From: Phoronis australis
Lineage: Eukaryota; Animalia; Phoronida
Assembly (NCBI GenBank): GCA_002633005.1
Contig: NMRA01000034.1
Location: forward strand, 1,166,012-1,230,011
Direction of reading: 5' to 3'
DNA length: 64,000 bases
Shown: one piece after another, positions 1-12,155 of the stretch
How the letters are laid out: every line of letters begins with the position of its first letter
How positions within the stretch are numbered: the first letter of the stretch is position 1
Program-made: the position numbers and the translations under genes
Notes under the pieces: generated by a model
Told to the model about the DNA's origin: nothing
What the model saw: the letters and a program-made list of their open reading frames with translations, nothing else
Database searches by the model: none

Positions 1-200
1 TTGCATGCCAAATCACTCATAGTTGAATGTTAAATTAGTGTTAACAGTTCGGGTTTTTTCAGTTGAACTTGTATCGCAAGCAACAGCTCAGTCCAGAGCC
101 CTGAATATGCAAATGAAATTCAAAGATAAAGACCTTGTGTCTTAGAAGCCAAGTACCACAGATCATCATGCTATAAAAAATAGAAAGACAACGATTGTGA

Positions 201-1038
201 NNNNNNNNNNNNNNNNNNNNNNNNNNNNNNNNNNNNNNNNNNNNNNNNNNNNNNNNNNNNNNNNNNNNNNNNNNNNNNNNNNNNNNNNNNNNNNNNNNNN
301 NNNNNNNNNNNNNNNNNNNNNNNNNNNNNNNNNNNNNNNNNNNNNNNNNNNNNNNNNNNNNNNNNNNNNNNNNNNNNNNNNNNNNNNNNNNNNNNNNNNN
401 NNNNNNNNNNNNNNNNNNNNNNNNNNNNNNNNNNNNNNNNNNNNNNNNNNNNNNNNNNNNNNNNNNNNNNNNNNNNNNNNNNNNNNNNNNNNNNNNNNNN
501 NNNNNNNNNNNNNNNNNNNNNNNNNNNNNNNNNNNNNNNNNNNNNNNNNNNNNNNNNNNNNNNNNNNNNNNNNNNNNNNNNNNNNNNNNNNNNNNNNNNN
601 NNNNNNNNNNNNNNNNNNNNNNNNNNNNNNNNNNNNNNNNNNNNNNNNNNNNNNNNNNNNNNNNNNNNNNNNNNNNNNNNNNNNNNNNNNNNNNNNNNNN
701 NNNNNNNNNNNNNNNNNNNNNNNNNNNNNNNNNNNNNNNNNNNNNNNNNNNNNNNNNNNNNNNNNNNNNNNNNNNNNNNNNNNNNNNNNNNNNNNNNNNN
801 NNNNNNNNNNNNNNNNNNNNNNNNNNNNNNNNNNNNNNNNNNNNNNNNNNNNNNNNNNNNNNNNNNNNNNNNNNNNNNNNNNNNNNNNNNNNNNNNNNNN
901 NNNNNNNNNNNNNNNNNNNNNNNNNNNNNNNNNNNNNNNNNNNNNNNNNNNNNNNNNNNNNNNNNNNNNNNNNNNNNNNNNNNNNNNNNNNNNNNNNNNN
1001 NNNNNNNNNNNNNNNNNNNNNNNNNNNNNNNNNNNNNN
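201..1038. other. Assembly gap (run of N)
   Basis: Continuous Ns; the ORFs 166..1053 and 197..1132 are artefacts of this gap. Confidence 0.99.
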
Positions 1039-1356
1039 CACTGATGGGACCATATTACTTGTTTTACAAAAAAGTCACCAAAACTGTTGTTTTTGCAAAT
1101 ATAAGTTTACTAAGCTCTTTGGTGATTATTAGGTAACTTCAAACTCAAATTTCTCAAAAATGTGCAACTTTATATGTGGGAACTTTTTAGATTTTGAAAA
1201 CACTCTAATAGATGAATTAAAAAACACCAAAATAAAATTGCCCCCCTAAAGTACTCACAAAAACCATTTTCTAGAGGCCCTACAAAATCTGGCCCACCGA
1301 CTAGTTTAGAATACTCGGCGATTTATCGAGTGGGGTTAGCTACCAACAGAGGCCTT

Positions 1357-1898
1357 GTTCTAAAGCTCCCCAACACCCTCGACCCCACACCTCAGGATTC
1401 CTTCGACCCACAACCTCCTCGACCCAGGACCTGCGGCATTAGATGTACATGTATCTTTGCGCGTTTTACACATTTCATAATCATATAATGTTGTCGAGTG
1501 GCTTTCCCATAAAACTAACCTATACGCGCAGCGGGTTGTGAGCATGCTATCGTTGTCACAGAAATATAGTTTTTTCTTGTTTTAAAATTTTCTAAATCGA
1601 CTCTCTTATTTGCAAGTAAACAGGGAAAAGTCAGCCAAGCTCACGGCCAGACTTGTTGGTCCTGCAAGTCACTGCTTGTTCTATGTTCAGGTCCAGTCGA
1701 TTTTTTGTAGACTGGCAGGGGCGGATCCAGGATTTTGAGTTGGGGGGCAGGGCAGATTATTAGCCAGGATTTTGCCCGAAAAACATTCGCACCCCCGTAC
1801 TGCCACATGGAATCTGGGAGAATTTTAGGNGGGGTGGGTCGAAGAGGTCGTAGGTCGAAAGGGTCGTGGAGTGTGGAGGTCGAGGGGGCTTTTAGAAC
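1357..1898. mobile_element. Inverted-repeat (MITE-like) element with about 70-bp arms
   Basis: 1357-1427 (gttctaaagctcccc...cctcgaccc repeats) is the approximate reverse complement of 1831-1898 (gggtcga...gggggcttttagaac). Confidence 0.6.
1716..1829. mobile_element. CAGGGGCGGATCC MITE copy, truncated at N1830
   Basis: Reverse-complement match to the copies at 17759-17918 and 62970-63129. Confidence 0.8.
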
Positions 1899-3973
1899 AA
1901 TCCTTCAGCCTGAGAGAGCCTCGAGTGCAATCACGGGGGTTTTAAGTTCAACTTCGCGCTGTGGCTGTTGTGACATATTGTTACGCTCATCTATCGTTTA
2001 ACGAGTCAATATCCCAACTGACCCAAAACAAATTGCAGCAAATGGTTTTACACTGGTTTTATGCCCTACTTGGTACACTTATGAACTGGAAAACAGTCTA
2101 CCAAAATCCTGATCACTAGAAATGGGTTAAAACTAGGTCATTTCCAAGATGGCCGCCACAACGTTTCGAAGTCAAGAAAAACAGATGTAAAATCTTCAAT
2201 AATTGCGATAGAGACATATTTTGTGGTTTTAGTCTATGGTTTTAAGGAGTGAGCAACTCACTTGTGTGGCTAAAATTCAGATATTATCAGCATTTCATAT
2301 GAAATTCAGATGGCAGATAAACTTCATGAACGAAAAATCACTTTGTCAATTATATCGGGTGGCCAAACACGTTTCGAACTTCAACTTTTATTTTTTCGAA
2401 AAATGTTCATTGAAATTGCAAGAAATTTTGCACATGGGCTGATCTTAGAAAACCCTATTTCTCTCTGGTGTCACTTTAAAGTACAACAAGTTTGCGCGTG
2501 AATGCGCATGGGCCTATAAGTGCTAAAGAATACGGCTATATACATTGGATTTAACTGTATACCCATGCTCTAATTTAATTCCTAAACATTGGGGTGGCAG
2601 CTTATGCAACAACGGGAATGTTGTGTATCTTACTTTGTCAAATAAAGTAGACACTCCATCAACTACGCAGTGAAACGAACAGAATTGAACTGAACACTGA
2701 ACTGATGTATTCTACATATCACAACAATATATATATATACACACAACTACAGAACAACATATGATGCGTTACCTATGACACACTTCCTATACTAGGAATC
2801 GCATGACATAATACCAATTAAACTTCTAAACTCATAAACAATAACAACCTACAAACATCCTGTTATTGTGTGACTAAGTACACAACAGGGCCGCTTTGCA
2901 TGACCTTATTCTGCTGATAACTTATTATCCTAGCTCAGGTGTTCTGCCAAGTAAGTTTTCTAATGATTTTTTTTTAAAAAACATTTGTAAGCGTAGTAAT
3001 CGAAAGATTTCAAGTTCCGAACTGGGACTTACGTGAAGAAAAGCAACGCGGCTGTAGTCAACGCTTTCGGCCATCCATGCGTGTGGAAATTGTAACAGCT
3101 AAGAATATATAATCTTCGTTCTGCAAGTTTTGCTAAATCAGTAGTCCTGTTCGTAAGTGACCTCCTTTATTAAAAGTCTGTAGACAACGCCTCCGATCAT
3201 CCTTACGTTCGGAAACTGTAGCAGCTATTCACAAGTGCCCTCCTTTATCTAAGGTCTATGAATTTATTGTCAAAATTTGAGAGCCTCTCGACCTTCCTGG
3301 TTCTCAAATATTCGGTATTGACACGACCACTGGTGATGGCTGAAAAAGAGTACTTCATAAAAGCTGTATCAAGAGCGTTTAAAAGGACACCCAACCCTGA
3401 TTTGACATGATTTCAAACAATCCTCGTTCTGTCGCCTGCTAATGCATCACTGGTGTCAATATTGCAAATTAAAGACAGAAATCACCTAAAAATCATTCTC
3501 ACTATATCACAAATTGGATATTATGGTTCTTAGTGGGTGATCTTTTCCCACAGTTTCCGTGCAAATTCGTTAAAAGCGTAAGCAACACCTGCCCGTTTAG
3601 CAGATTGTGAAAGGAGTTTTCAAATTTTGAGGGGTTGTCGAGGGCTACAGAGCATTGATTTGTTTCAGTGAACCGGATGTGAAAGTTGTTTTTAATAGGC
3701 CAAAACCAGGTTTGGTATCCTTTTAACAAACTGCTTAAAATTTAATGTTCAGACACGAAACATCCCTTGCTAATCTGTAGACTACAGGATGTGTGCATAT
3801 ATTCAAAGCTGCTCCTATGGTCTGGAATTAGGTGAACCGTTTGATGAAAGCCATGTTTCAAAGTGATGCTCTGCAAATGCAGGTAGGCACATTCGACTTG
3901 CTTCCTAAAAAATATGTTTGCTGGCTCCTAGAATGAGGTCGAAAAGTGATATCGTTCGCACAATACGCCCACG

Positions 3974-4017
<44 letters not shown>

Positions 4018-4038
4018 TATGTATATATATATATATAT
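3974..4038. repeat. (TA)n microsatellite
   Basis: Read directly from the sequence. Confidence 0.95.
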
Positions 4039-6804
4039 GCTTGAAATCACTATAATTTGGCAGTAATCTTTCTCTCTATTTAGAGAGTTGGAAAGAACTG
4101 AAATTAAACTAGTAAAAACAGATCAAAGTCGTGTCTTCAATGAAATATATATACATACGTTATTTATGCGACACTGGCCGCACTCTACCGATAGTTAAAT
4201 ATCACGTAACTAGCGAGCGCAATAACAAAAAGTGTTTTAAACTTCCCTTTGGTTTAAATGAGGTCACCCCCCAACGCATCCCCCACCACCGTACCACACA
4301 CCTCACCCCTATAGGTTCCCCCTCCTCCGTATCCACTGATTGCACGACCATTCACGCGCACGCTAGCTTGTTCACCAGAACACTGAACGACAGGCCTTGT
4401 GACTTTTAAACCAAGTGAAAGTCTCGCGTTTTCTCGAGGGGGAGGGGGCATTTTTTGTCCTCTCAAGAAAACGCAGTTTTGCGAGAAGACAATATTTGTA
4501 CTCTAGTTGTGAGTTCTTTGGGGGACATATTGGATTGCTGAGAAAACGCTCAGGAGGTGAACTTAATCTGTCCCCTATCTTCTCAAATGTTAATTGTTGA
4601 TTTCATGAAAAAGTGAGTGTGAACTGATGGTCCTGACTCATTTTGTTGTTTATGTACTGCCGACAAGGTTTGAAATTAGCTGGCTATACCAGATAAACTA
4701 TTGCCCGAGGTGAGTGTGGCTTGACTCCCTGATTTTGCGTTTTGCATGCACCCCGCCGGTCGTTAGCTCTGCATGTTGACATAAGTTTCATGACGAGGTG
4801 ACTGGCAGAATTACCCGGGCTTTATATGTGAAATTTTGGGGTCTAACGGAGCTCAACACAGAGTGATACTTAGCTGTATTTTGGTTATAGTCTTCATACC
4901 GCTATAGCTGACTGGCTAACAGAGATCCCGGCAGATTTGCTCATGGCGTGAAAGCGTTTTTGGCGGAAAGTCTGCAGCTGGTGTCCAGTGACTGTCGTGG
5001 CGAAAGAAATGAGGTTAGCAAGAATGGCCAGAAAAAAACTTAAAGAGGCCCAGATGAGTGGCTTCTTTTCTCGCATGGCTAGTGCCTCTGAGCTGGCAGC
5101 GGGATGGAGACGCGCAAACGGTGGAGGGAGAAATCTTAGATCCGAACTATTACATGAAGTTCTGGAAGGTCTGGGTTATAATACCCACTCCGTTCTACTG
5201 TCAACACCTTTTTGTTGTTTCATTGTCGAGGTTTAAAGATCCACAATACTTTCTTGACGATGCATGTTTATACAATTTGATTTGTTCAGTACTTCATATA
5301 GTCACATGAGTTTATTCTGCAGTCAAAAGACGAAAAAATAGACAAAATATATTTTGTACTTTTAATCGTTGTTACAATAAGCACCAGTCCGCCAGATGTC
5401 GTAATGAGCGCCCTCTCGCTCTCTGTGTGAGACTCAATGAGTTATATATTTATCTCATTGGTGTGGCCGTAGACATTTTTATACAGTGTGACATCCATGC
5501 GTCTGACTTTGTAAAAACTGGTATCGTTTATTTTCTTCTCTTCACAGTTAAACGTAGTATTTTCGTCTGAAATGTATATTTCTCTTTACTGGCAAAGGAT
5601 TTAAATTTACAGATTGGAACTCAGGCACTCACCAGACAATTACTTGACAGACAGCACGATGTGCAGTTTCTAAAAATGCCAGTTACACGTATCTGGGAAA
5701 GACCACGGTCAATGGATTCAATAATTACATCCTCCAGCATTTTTAGATATTGCAAGCTCTCTTCATATTACCCACGTTGGTAGCACGAACTATTGTTCTG
5801 TAAAGAATGTCCTTTCTGCAAATGTTTGAATGTTGTCATAAGGGCCATTACGTGGATGCTTCTGTTCAAATAAATGGAAATGGGACGTTTTATACAAGGG
5901 GACATTTTTTACTTTCACGCCAATTATTCAAGAATTATCTAATAAAGGCAGATTTTTGGTGCACTCAAACCAGAGAATCCATATCGTTAATGACAGCAAA
6001 ATTGGTTGATGCAGTCAGCATTCTTTCCGTGTAGCTAGTCAGGCTGACATTGCCAACAGTTCTTTAGGCTAAAACGTACTGTCACTGAACTAAGTACACA
6101 ACACTTAGAAAAGGTCTCAAATAAGAGATTTCATAACCCATACCCAGGGCTGTTGAAAGGTAAAAGTTACATGTTTTCTAGTTACATGCTACACTCTGAT
6201 ATAGTATATTTTGGGGACTGATCTGAGTAACACTGTTATACACGCAGACCTCGCTGTATGAGTATAATCGCGTTTCGTAATTTGTTGAGGGACCAAAGTC
6301 GCCTCCCAAAACCTGCATAATCATCACAACTTTCACTCTTGTCCCAAACCCTTCGCGCTACTTCCCCATCATTACCAATTTGAAATGAATGTTGTCAAGC
6401 TAAAATTAATAGAAGGGGTGGCACAACGGCTCCCCCTATACTCTCTTCTTTGGGTTTTAATGGTCCCGAAACCATCTAAATTAAAGAATGCCTTAAAATC
6501 CATTTGACGTATACAAATCGTGACGTTTGTAGTGCATCGTTTTATAAAAGTGCTGTGTAATGATTGTATCTGAGTAGCCAAAATGGTGCAAGGTATACTC
6601 TATAAAAGTACTTACTAATCACTAGGCCGACAAAAGAACAAATTTGTGTGTACTAAACTAGCCCAATACTATCAAATCACAGTGGTTTCATATTCACACA
6701 TGCTCACCTTCTCATTGAAAATGACAAAAAATCAGCCCGTTGAAAATTCACAAAAATTCTCAATTCTTCAGAAAAGCCAGTACAGTACTTAAATACTATC
6801 TTAA

Positions 6805-8436
6805 AGGAGAATGCCACCCGATTTCATTAGTCTTTTTTGCCGTCGCCTTCCATACGGTCGACCTTACCTTGCCGAGAGGTGTCGCGTTAATCTGTTAGGA
6901 AGGTGACGAACGACGCAGCGACGTCAGTGGTTCATTTGCCGCTAAGTTGTGGTGCATCGTTCCTGCTTGTCCGAATTATGCAGCTGCAAGGAAAGCGGGT
7001 ATATCGTTTTTTCGACTTTCTCAAGAGTCCGAAATGCTTTGGAAGTGGCTTGCAGTAGTGAAGAATTAAAAGTACGCTGTAAATAGCAAGTGTGAAGCCG
7101 TGAAACATCTCCGTGTCTGTGGCATGCAGTCGTCGCGGGACAGTGCCTGACGAATACCGGCTTATCAAATAACTATCCATACGTTCAGTTGTCTGAGCTA
7201 GTTCACGGCGCCTCTCTAGTATTTCTTCATCATTGTATTCCTTTTCGAACTGATAGCCTGTGAAACTGAACGATCCACCTGCGAAGTCTTCGTTGGGATG
7301 AGCTCTCGTCTAAGTTGGGATTGCGAGTTGCCGTGTTGACATTTTTTTACTGAGCGTTTTGTTTGAAAATGAATTATTCTCACCCTTATACCAATACTTA
7401 TGCAAAGTGTGTCTCATTAGATGCAATTTGGAATGCATTTGGAGTGTTCGTGAGTGCAAATGATTTGAGAAGCCAGCAATGAATAAATCACTGCGTTAAC
7501 GGCTAATTGACGGGACACCGCGAGGCCGTGTGAACTCATGCTAATTCAGTGTTTGCTGACAGAAACTGTTGTGAAACAACTCGATTTCTATCCCACGACC
7601 AGGTGTTAGGGGAATCTTTATTTACATTTATATCATTCAAATAATGATTGTCAATGTAAAACTTCTGCCGTGACGGTTCTGTGGCCAAAGCGGAACCTGA
7701 TTTTGCGGCCCCCGGCGAGTAAGTAGGTTTGCAGTTTCGTAGCTAATTCACCAACATAATCCCGTGCACTTTACTTCTTTGGCTCATTGATATTTCTTGA
7801 TTGGGAGTTTAATTTCCAACTTTGGATGGTTTATGTTCGTGATGTCTGATCGGCTTCCGAGCCATTGGCCTGGATAACGAGTCAGTCCGGGCAGCCGTGA
7901 CGAGCCTGATCGGGCTTCGAGCCACTGGCCAGGAAAACAATCGTTTTTTGTGTTTAGAACTCAAAAAATAACAATTCTAAACAACGCAGATCTAGGTTCT
8001 CCTGTCTGTATCTCACGGAAAAATACTTAGAATTTATCTCCGAACAGACCCCAAACTCCTTCTACGGACCTCATTAGCCTGCCGAACTTTGTAGGCTACG
8101 GTGTGTCGACTGAAACACCAATAAATCCGTAACAACGAAATAAAACAAAACGTTTTTATAAGAACTCGGTGTATTTTAAGGGGTTTATATTGAAGTCTGG
8201 TGGTTTATTGGTGTTAAACGATGAATTCAAGCAATAAGCTGACAGCAGTAACTCGTGTTGTGAACTGCTGGACAGACTGCGTTTGAAACCAATTACGTCA
8301 TTGGATAATTTCAACACCTCCGTGTTCCGTCAGGTGTAAGGTAACGCAACCGTACGTGCCCTTATGGAGTACAACTACTCGATCTAAATGATCTAAATTG
8401 ATACAAGTTAGGCTGTTTTTTGGGTGGCATGCTTCT
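6805..8436. mobile_element. Kolobok-like non-autonomous DNA transposon (about 1.63 kb)
   Basis: TTAA at 6801-6804 and 8437-8440; TIR aggagaatgccacccg versus reverse complement agaagcatgccaccca (13/16). A decayed minus-strand ORF reads GYQFEKEY...HFGLLRK...PCSCIIRTSRNDAP. Confidence 0.7.
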
Positions 8437-9699
8437 TTAATTATGAAACATGTTTGTGGATCTTCCAGTCAGATATATTCACAAGAAAAAATCATAATTA
8501 TTCCTAACTTTTAAGGTTTCTCAATAGTCTTGCATATTTTACTGGAATAAGTGTCAAAAAGCTATTTTTGCAAGATCAATATAAAACGAAAACGAGGTTC
8601 GCGTCAGAAAAATCAAAGGTGACTTAAAAATTGTGTCAGCTACTTGTAGCCTAGGCTCTGAGCAAGTGTCAACATAATCTTGTCAATCAGGTCGTTAAAT
8701 GACAATTATTTTTTGTGTGTCTGTGTGTAGCAGAGTGAACAACGCGTGGTGTACCTTTCTATTTCCAGGTGTGCTGTTTGATAGGTCAGTCCATACTGGC
8801 CAGCTGCAAAAAGGTCACAGGCTTCCACCTGCCCCGATGGCGTAGTCTTCTTAACGATAGACGGCAGGCCTTTAAGTACGTGGACGACGAAATGGTATTG
8901 CGTTGTAGATGTTGGATAATAATTTGGAATCACGATTCTTGCACAGTTTTGGAGTAATGAGGCAGTTTCGACTCGGAGATAGAATACTGACTCCGCAATG
9001 ATCAAACATGTGGATGTATTGTAGGTTTGTTATAATTGAATTACATGTTGATGGTTTAGTATGCTGTGATGGTTATAACTATACTGTACAAAAGTGTGTG
9101 GGTCTGGGTTTTTACATCGCTATGGATTACTATAGTTTTGGACATGGTCTGATAAGAGTCGATAAGGGTTGACCTTTGCATTTTGGTGTGGTCGACTCCT
9201 GAGCAGAAAATTTTGGTTTTAGTGTTATCAAAGCTTAGCGAACCATCTTGTCTATAGTATATCTAAATAAATTTGTCTGTGTTTGCAGAGACTATGTATG
9301 TGTTCCCCTTACAAAAATCTGGTCGAACATGAGCTACTTTTTACCTTTATTCGAACAATGCAGAACAGAATCCAGTTATTTCTGTGTTATTACCTTCCTC
9401 GGCCGCTATGTTTTACTTTTCTAAAAAAAAAACTGTGAACCGGGGTCATGCTGCAATGTAGCAGGTATGTCGTAAGACGTGAGGTTCTGGGTTCAAGTCC
9501 CAGTGACCCCCAGTTCTAGTGCCGGAAAACACATGTATGAAGCGTTCAACATGGGAATTTTTACCAAAAAATATCAATTTCAAGGAATACCAAAACGATC
9601 ATTTGTAATGTTGAACATCAGTTTCTGGAAACCATTCCTGGCTGTTCCGCATTTTTCACGAATTCATCATCATCGGGTGTCATCTCTTTTGAGATCGAC

Positions 9700-10620
9700 G
9701 TGAAATGGACCTTCATCTCTCTCTGTTGTTTGCCAGTCTGGTGCATTCTGTCATCGTTGATCTTGTCCATGTCTTGATTTCATCCCTCCACATTAATCGT
9801 TGTTGTCCTCTTGGTCTTTTCCCTTCCACGTGACCGTATAGTATGTCTTTCTGTATGTTGTCGTGTCTTGCCGTGTGCCCAAAATAATCAGTTTACGACT
9901 TTGGAGGGTGCACAAAAGAGATGGTTTGACACCTAGCTGTTTGCACACGTCTTCATTTGTCATTTTCTGCGTCCAGCTTATTCTTCCGAACCTTCTGAAT
10001 ATCCACATTTCAAACGCTTCGATCTTTCTTTCCAATGTTTTATTGAGAGTCCATATCTCACATCGTACATAAGGATCCAATATATGTTAGTAGCAAGTTG
10101 TGAGTCGCAGTCTTAGAGTGACTGATATGTTTCTTGACGTAATATCCTTTTCATTTTTATAAATCCGGATTTGGCCATTCCAGTTCGTTCTCTTACCCCT
10201 GTTTCACATTTTCCATCTGTTGTTATAGTTTGTCCAAGGTATTTGATACTGTTTACGTGTTCTATTTGTGAATCTTCAACTTTGATGTGGACATTAACTG
10301 TGGTAGGTTTTTGATATGGCCATTACTTTTGTTTTCTTGGTGTTCATGCCACGCCCATATTCTTCCCTTACTTCCTGTATAGTGTTCAGTGTGTTCTGCA
10401 CGTCTTCAGCTTGGCTTGCAAGGAGTGCTGTGTCATCAGCATAACGCAAGTTGTTAACATTTCTTCCACCAATGTGTATTCTTGGATATTCTTGAATTTT
10501 TCTAAAAATGAACTCTGTGTAGATTTTGAATAAATATAGAGATAACACACACCCCTATCTCACACCTCTTTTAATGGATGTATATTCTGACCTTTTTGAT
10601 GCCAGTACAGGTTTGTGACT
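9700..10620 (-). mobile_element. RTE-clade LINE reverse transcriptase remnant (3' part)
   Basis: Frameshifted motifs TNLYWHQ, IKRGVR*GCVLS, NNLRYADDTALLA, MNTKKTKVM and CEIWTL...IEAFEMWIFRR..RISW. Confidence 0.88.
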
Positions 10621-12092
10621 ATCATGAGGAACCCTTTCCAGCTGAAAATTGACCGTCGGACGGCCTTCGTCCGACGGTTGGAGTTTGCTAATGCGAACAC
10701 AATAGCCCATTGAATTCAGTCCAGCTGCCTGGGCTGCTTGGTCACGTACGTAATCCTTTAATGACACCTCATTATGCCATAAAACTACGTGCCTGTCGAC
10801 TATTGGCAAAAAAAATAAAGTTTATTTTAAAAATCTACCTGCCTAACCGAATTCCTCGCGAAAATCTAAGCATTTTAGAACTTTGAATTTTCTTTCTAGG
10901 CCAGAAAATAAAGTTTTTATTAATATAAAAATTTACCACCTTGTGTACGAGCAGAGCGCAAGAATTTACAAAGGGTATATTGTGATTCGCCGCCATGAGG
11001 CAGCTTATAATTTCCTACCAAAAGGCCAAAATGTACCACAATCAATTTGTTTTAACAAAAGGCAAGTTCCAGTATATAACATATTACACAATAAGGAGAA
11101 TTATTTTGTTAAAACGAATAGCAATTGGGAACTTGTTTTTAAGCGTAGATATACAGTCGTCATTTTCCGAAGTAAACAATCCCACGTGCTTCAGTCGAAC
11201 TTCCAGTGATGTTTGAGTAGGCCTACGTAGTTTGCGATCGCGGATTTTTTTCAAAGTATGCGAGAAGTGCCAAGCTGTGGATAAGAGTGGCAACAGGGCA
11301 GACGCCGACCGTGCATGGATAAGCGTGTAAGCACTAATCTGTTTCGTTAAGTTTCCCGACTGGCCTGGACACGGAAACTCGAAAGAGACGTGGACTCGAC
11401 TTCGACACGGTCAACTACCCAAAGCTCAAGCGCTTAGGGAATAGAGGTAAGTACTAAGGTACACAGTGACAGAGGATCAGAGAATGGTGCACATTTTAAC
11501 GTATTACTTCTTGCGCGTTAGGTCTACTATTTTTGTTATGTGAATTTATTACAGCCTTCAGGCCTTCCCCGTATCAATTGTTTCTCACAAACCTGCTCCC
11601 ATGTAAGTACCTGTAGGCCTACCGTAGCCCCTCCGCTGGCTAACTTAAAAAGCGCTTAGTTTCTTCAGCGATCATTTCTGGTTCTGTACATATCTTCCAT
11701 GTAGCATGTTTGTTGAAGTAAGATGATTATGGCGAAGAATTCGAATTCCACTTTTTAGTAGCCGTTAATTTTTTCATCGCGCGCGACAACCACAAACTAT
11801 TTCCATTGAGTTAGGCAAGGACAAGCGCGAGACTTAGAGAGCGCGTGACCTCGCGTGTGACACTTGCAAAATAGCATGGCAGATATTAGTTTTTTTTTGA
11901 TTCCTGTCCCATGGACTGTGTTCATTTACAGGCGTGATTTTACATAACTTCCTCGGCATTCACGGCGATGTAATTTACCTTACCTAACCCGTAATGACTG
12001 ATTTTTTGAGAGTTCGATTTTAAGCTGAATTGTTGCGGAAATTTTTGTGAGGGTCGGGTGTTTGTGTGATTACGCGGAATAGATTTTTATTT

Positions 12093-12155
12093 GGCAATGA
12101 CCATCACCTCTGCTGACCCAACCAGGTTGGGCCAGCAGAGGCGATGGTCATTGCC
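12093..12155. repeat. 63-bp near-perfect palindrome flanked by an 11-bp direct repeat
   Basis: 31-bp arms with 2 mismatches; TAGATTTTTAT at 12080-12090 and 12156-12166. Confidence 0.9.

Noticed and set aside
166-1132. Two long ORFs (295 and 311 aa)
   Set aside because: They consist almost entirely of X residues from the N gap.
2619-2725. TGTTGTG...CACAACA segment with AATAAA, solo-LTR-like
   Set aside because: Very short, with no TSD, PBS or second copy in the window.
4174-5470. Possible Crypton/Harbinger-like element with RRANG...LLHEVLEGL
   Set aside because: The terminal inverted match and protein resemblance are too weak to support a call.
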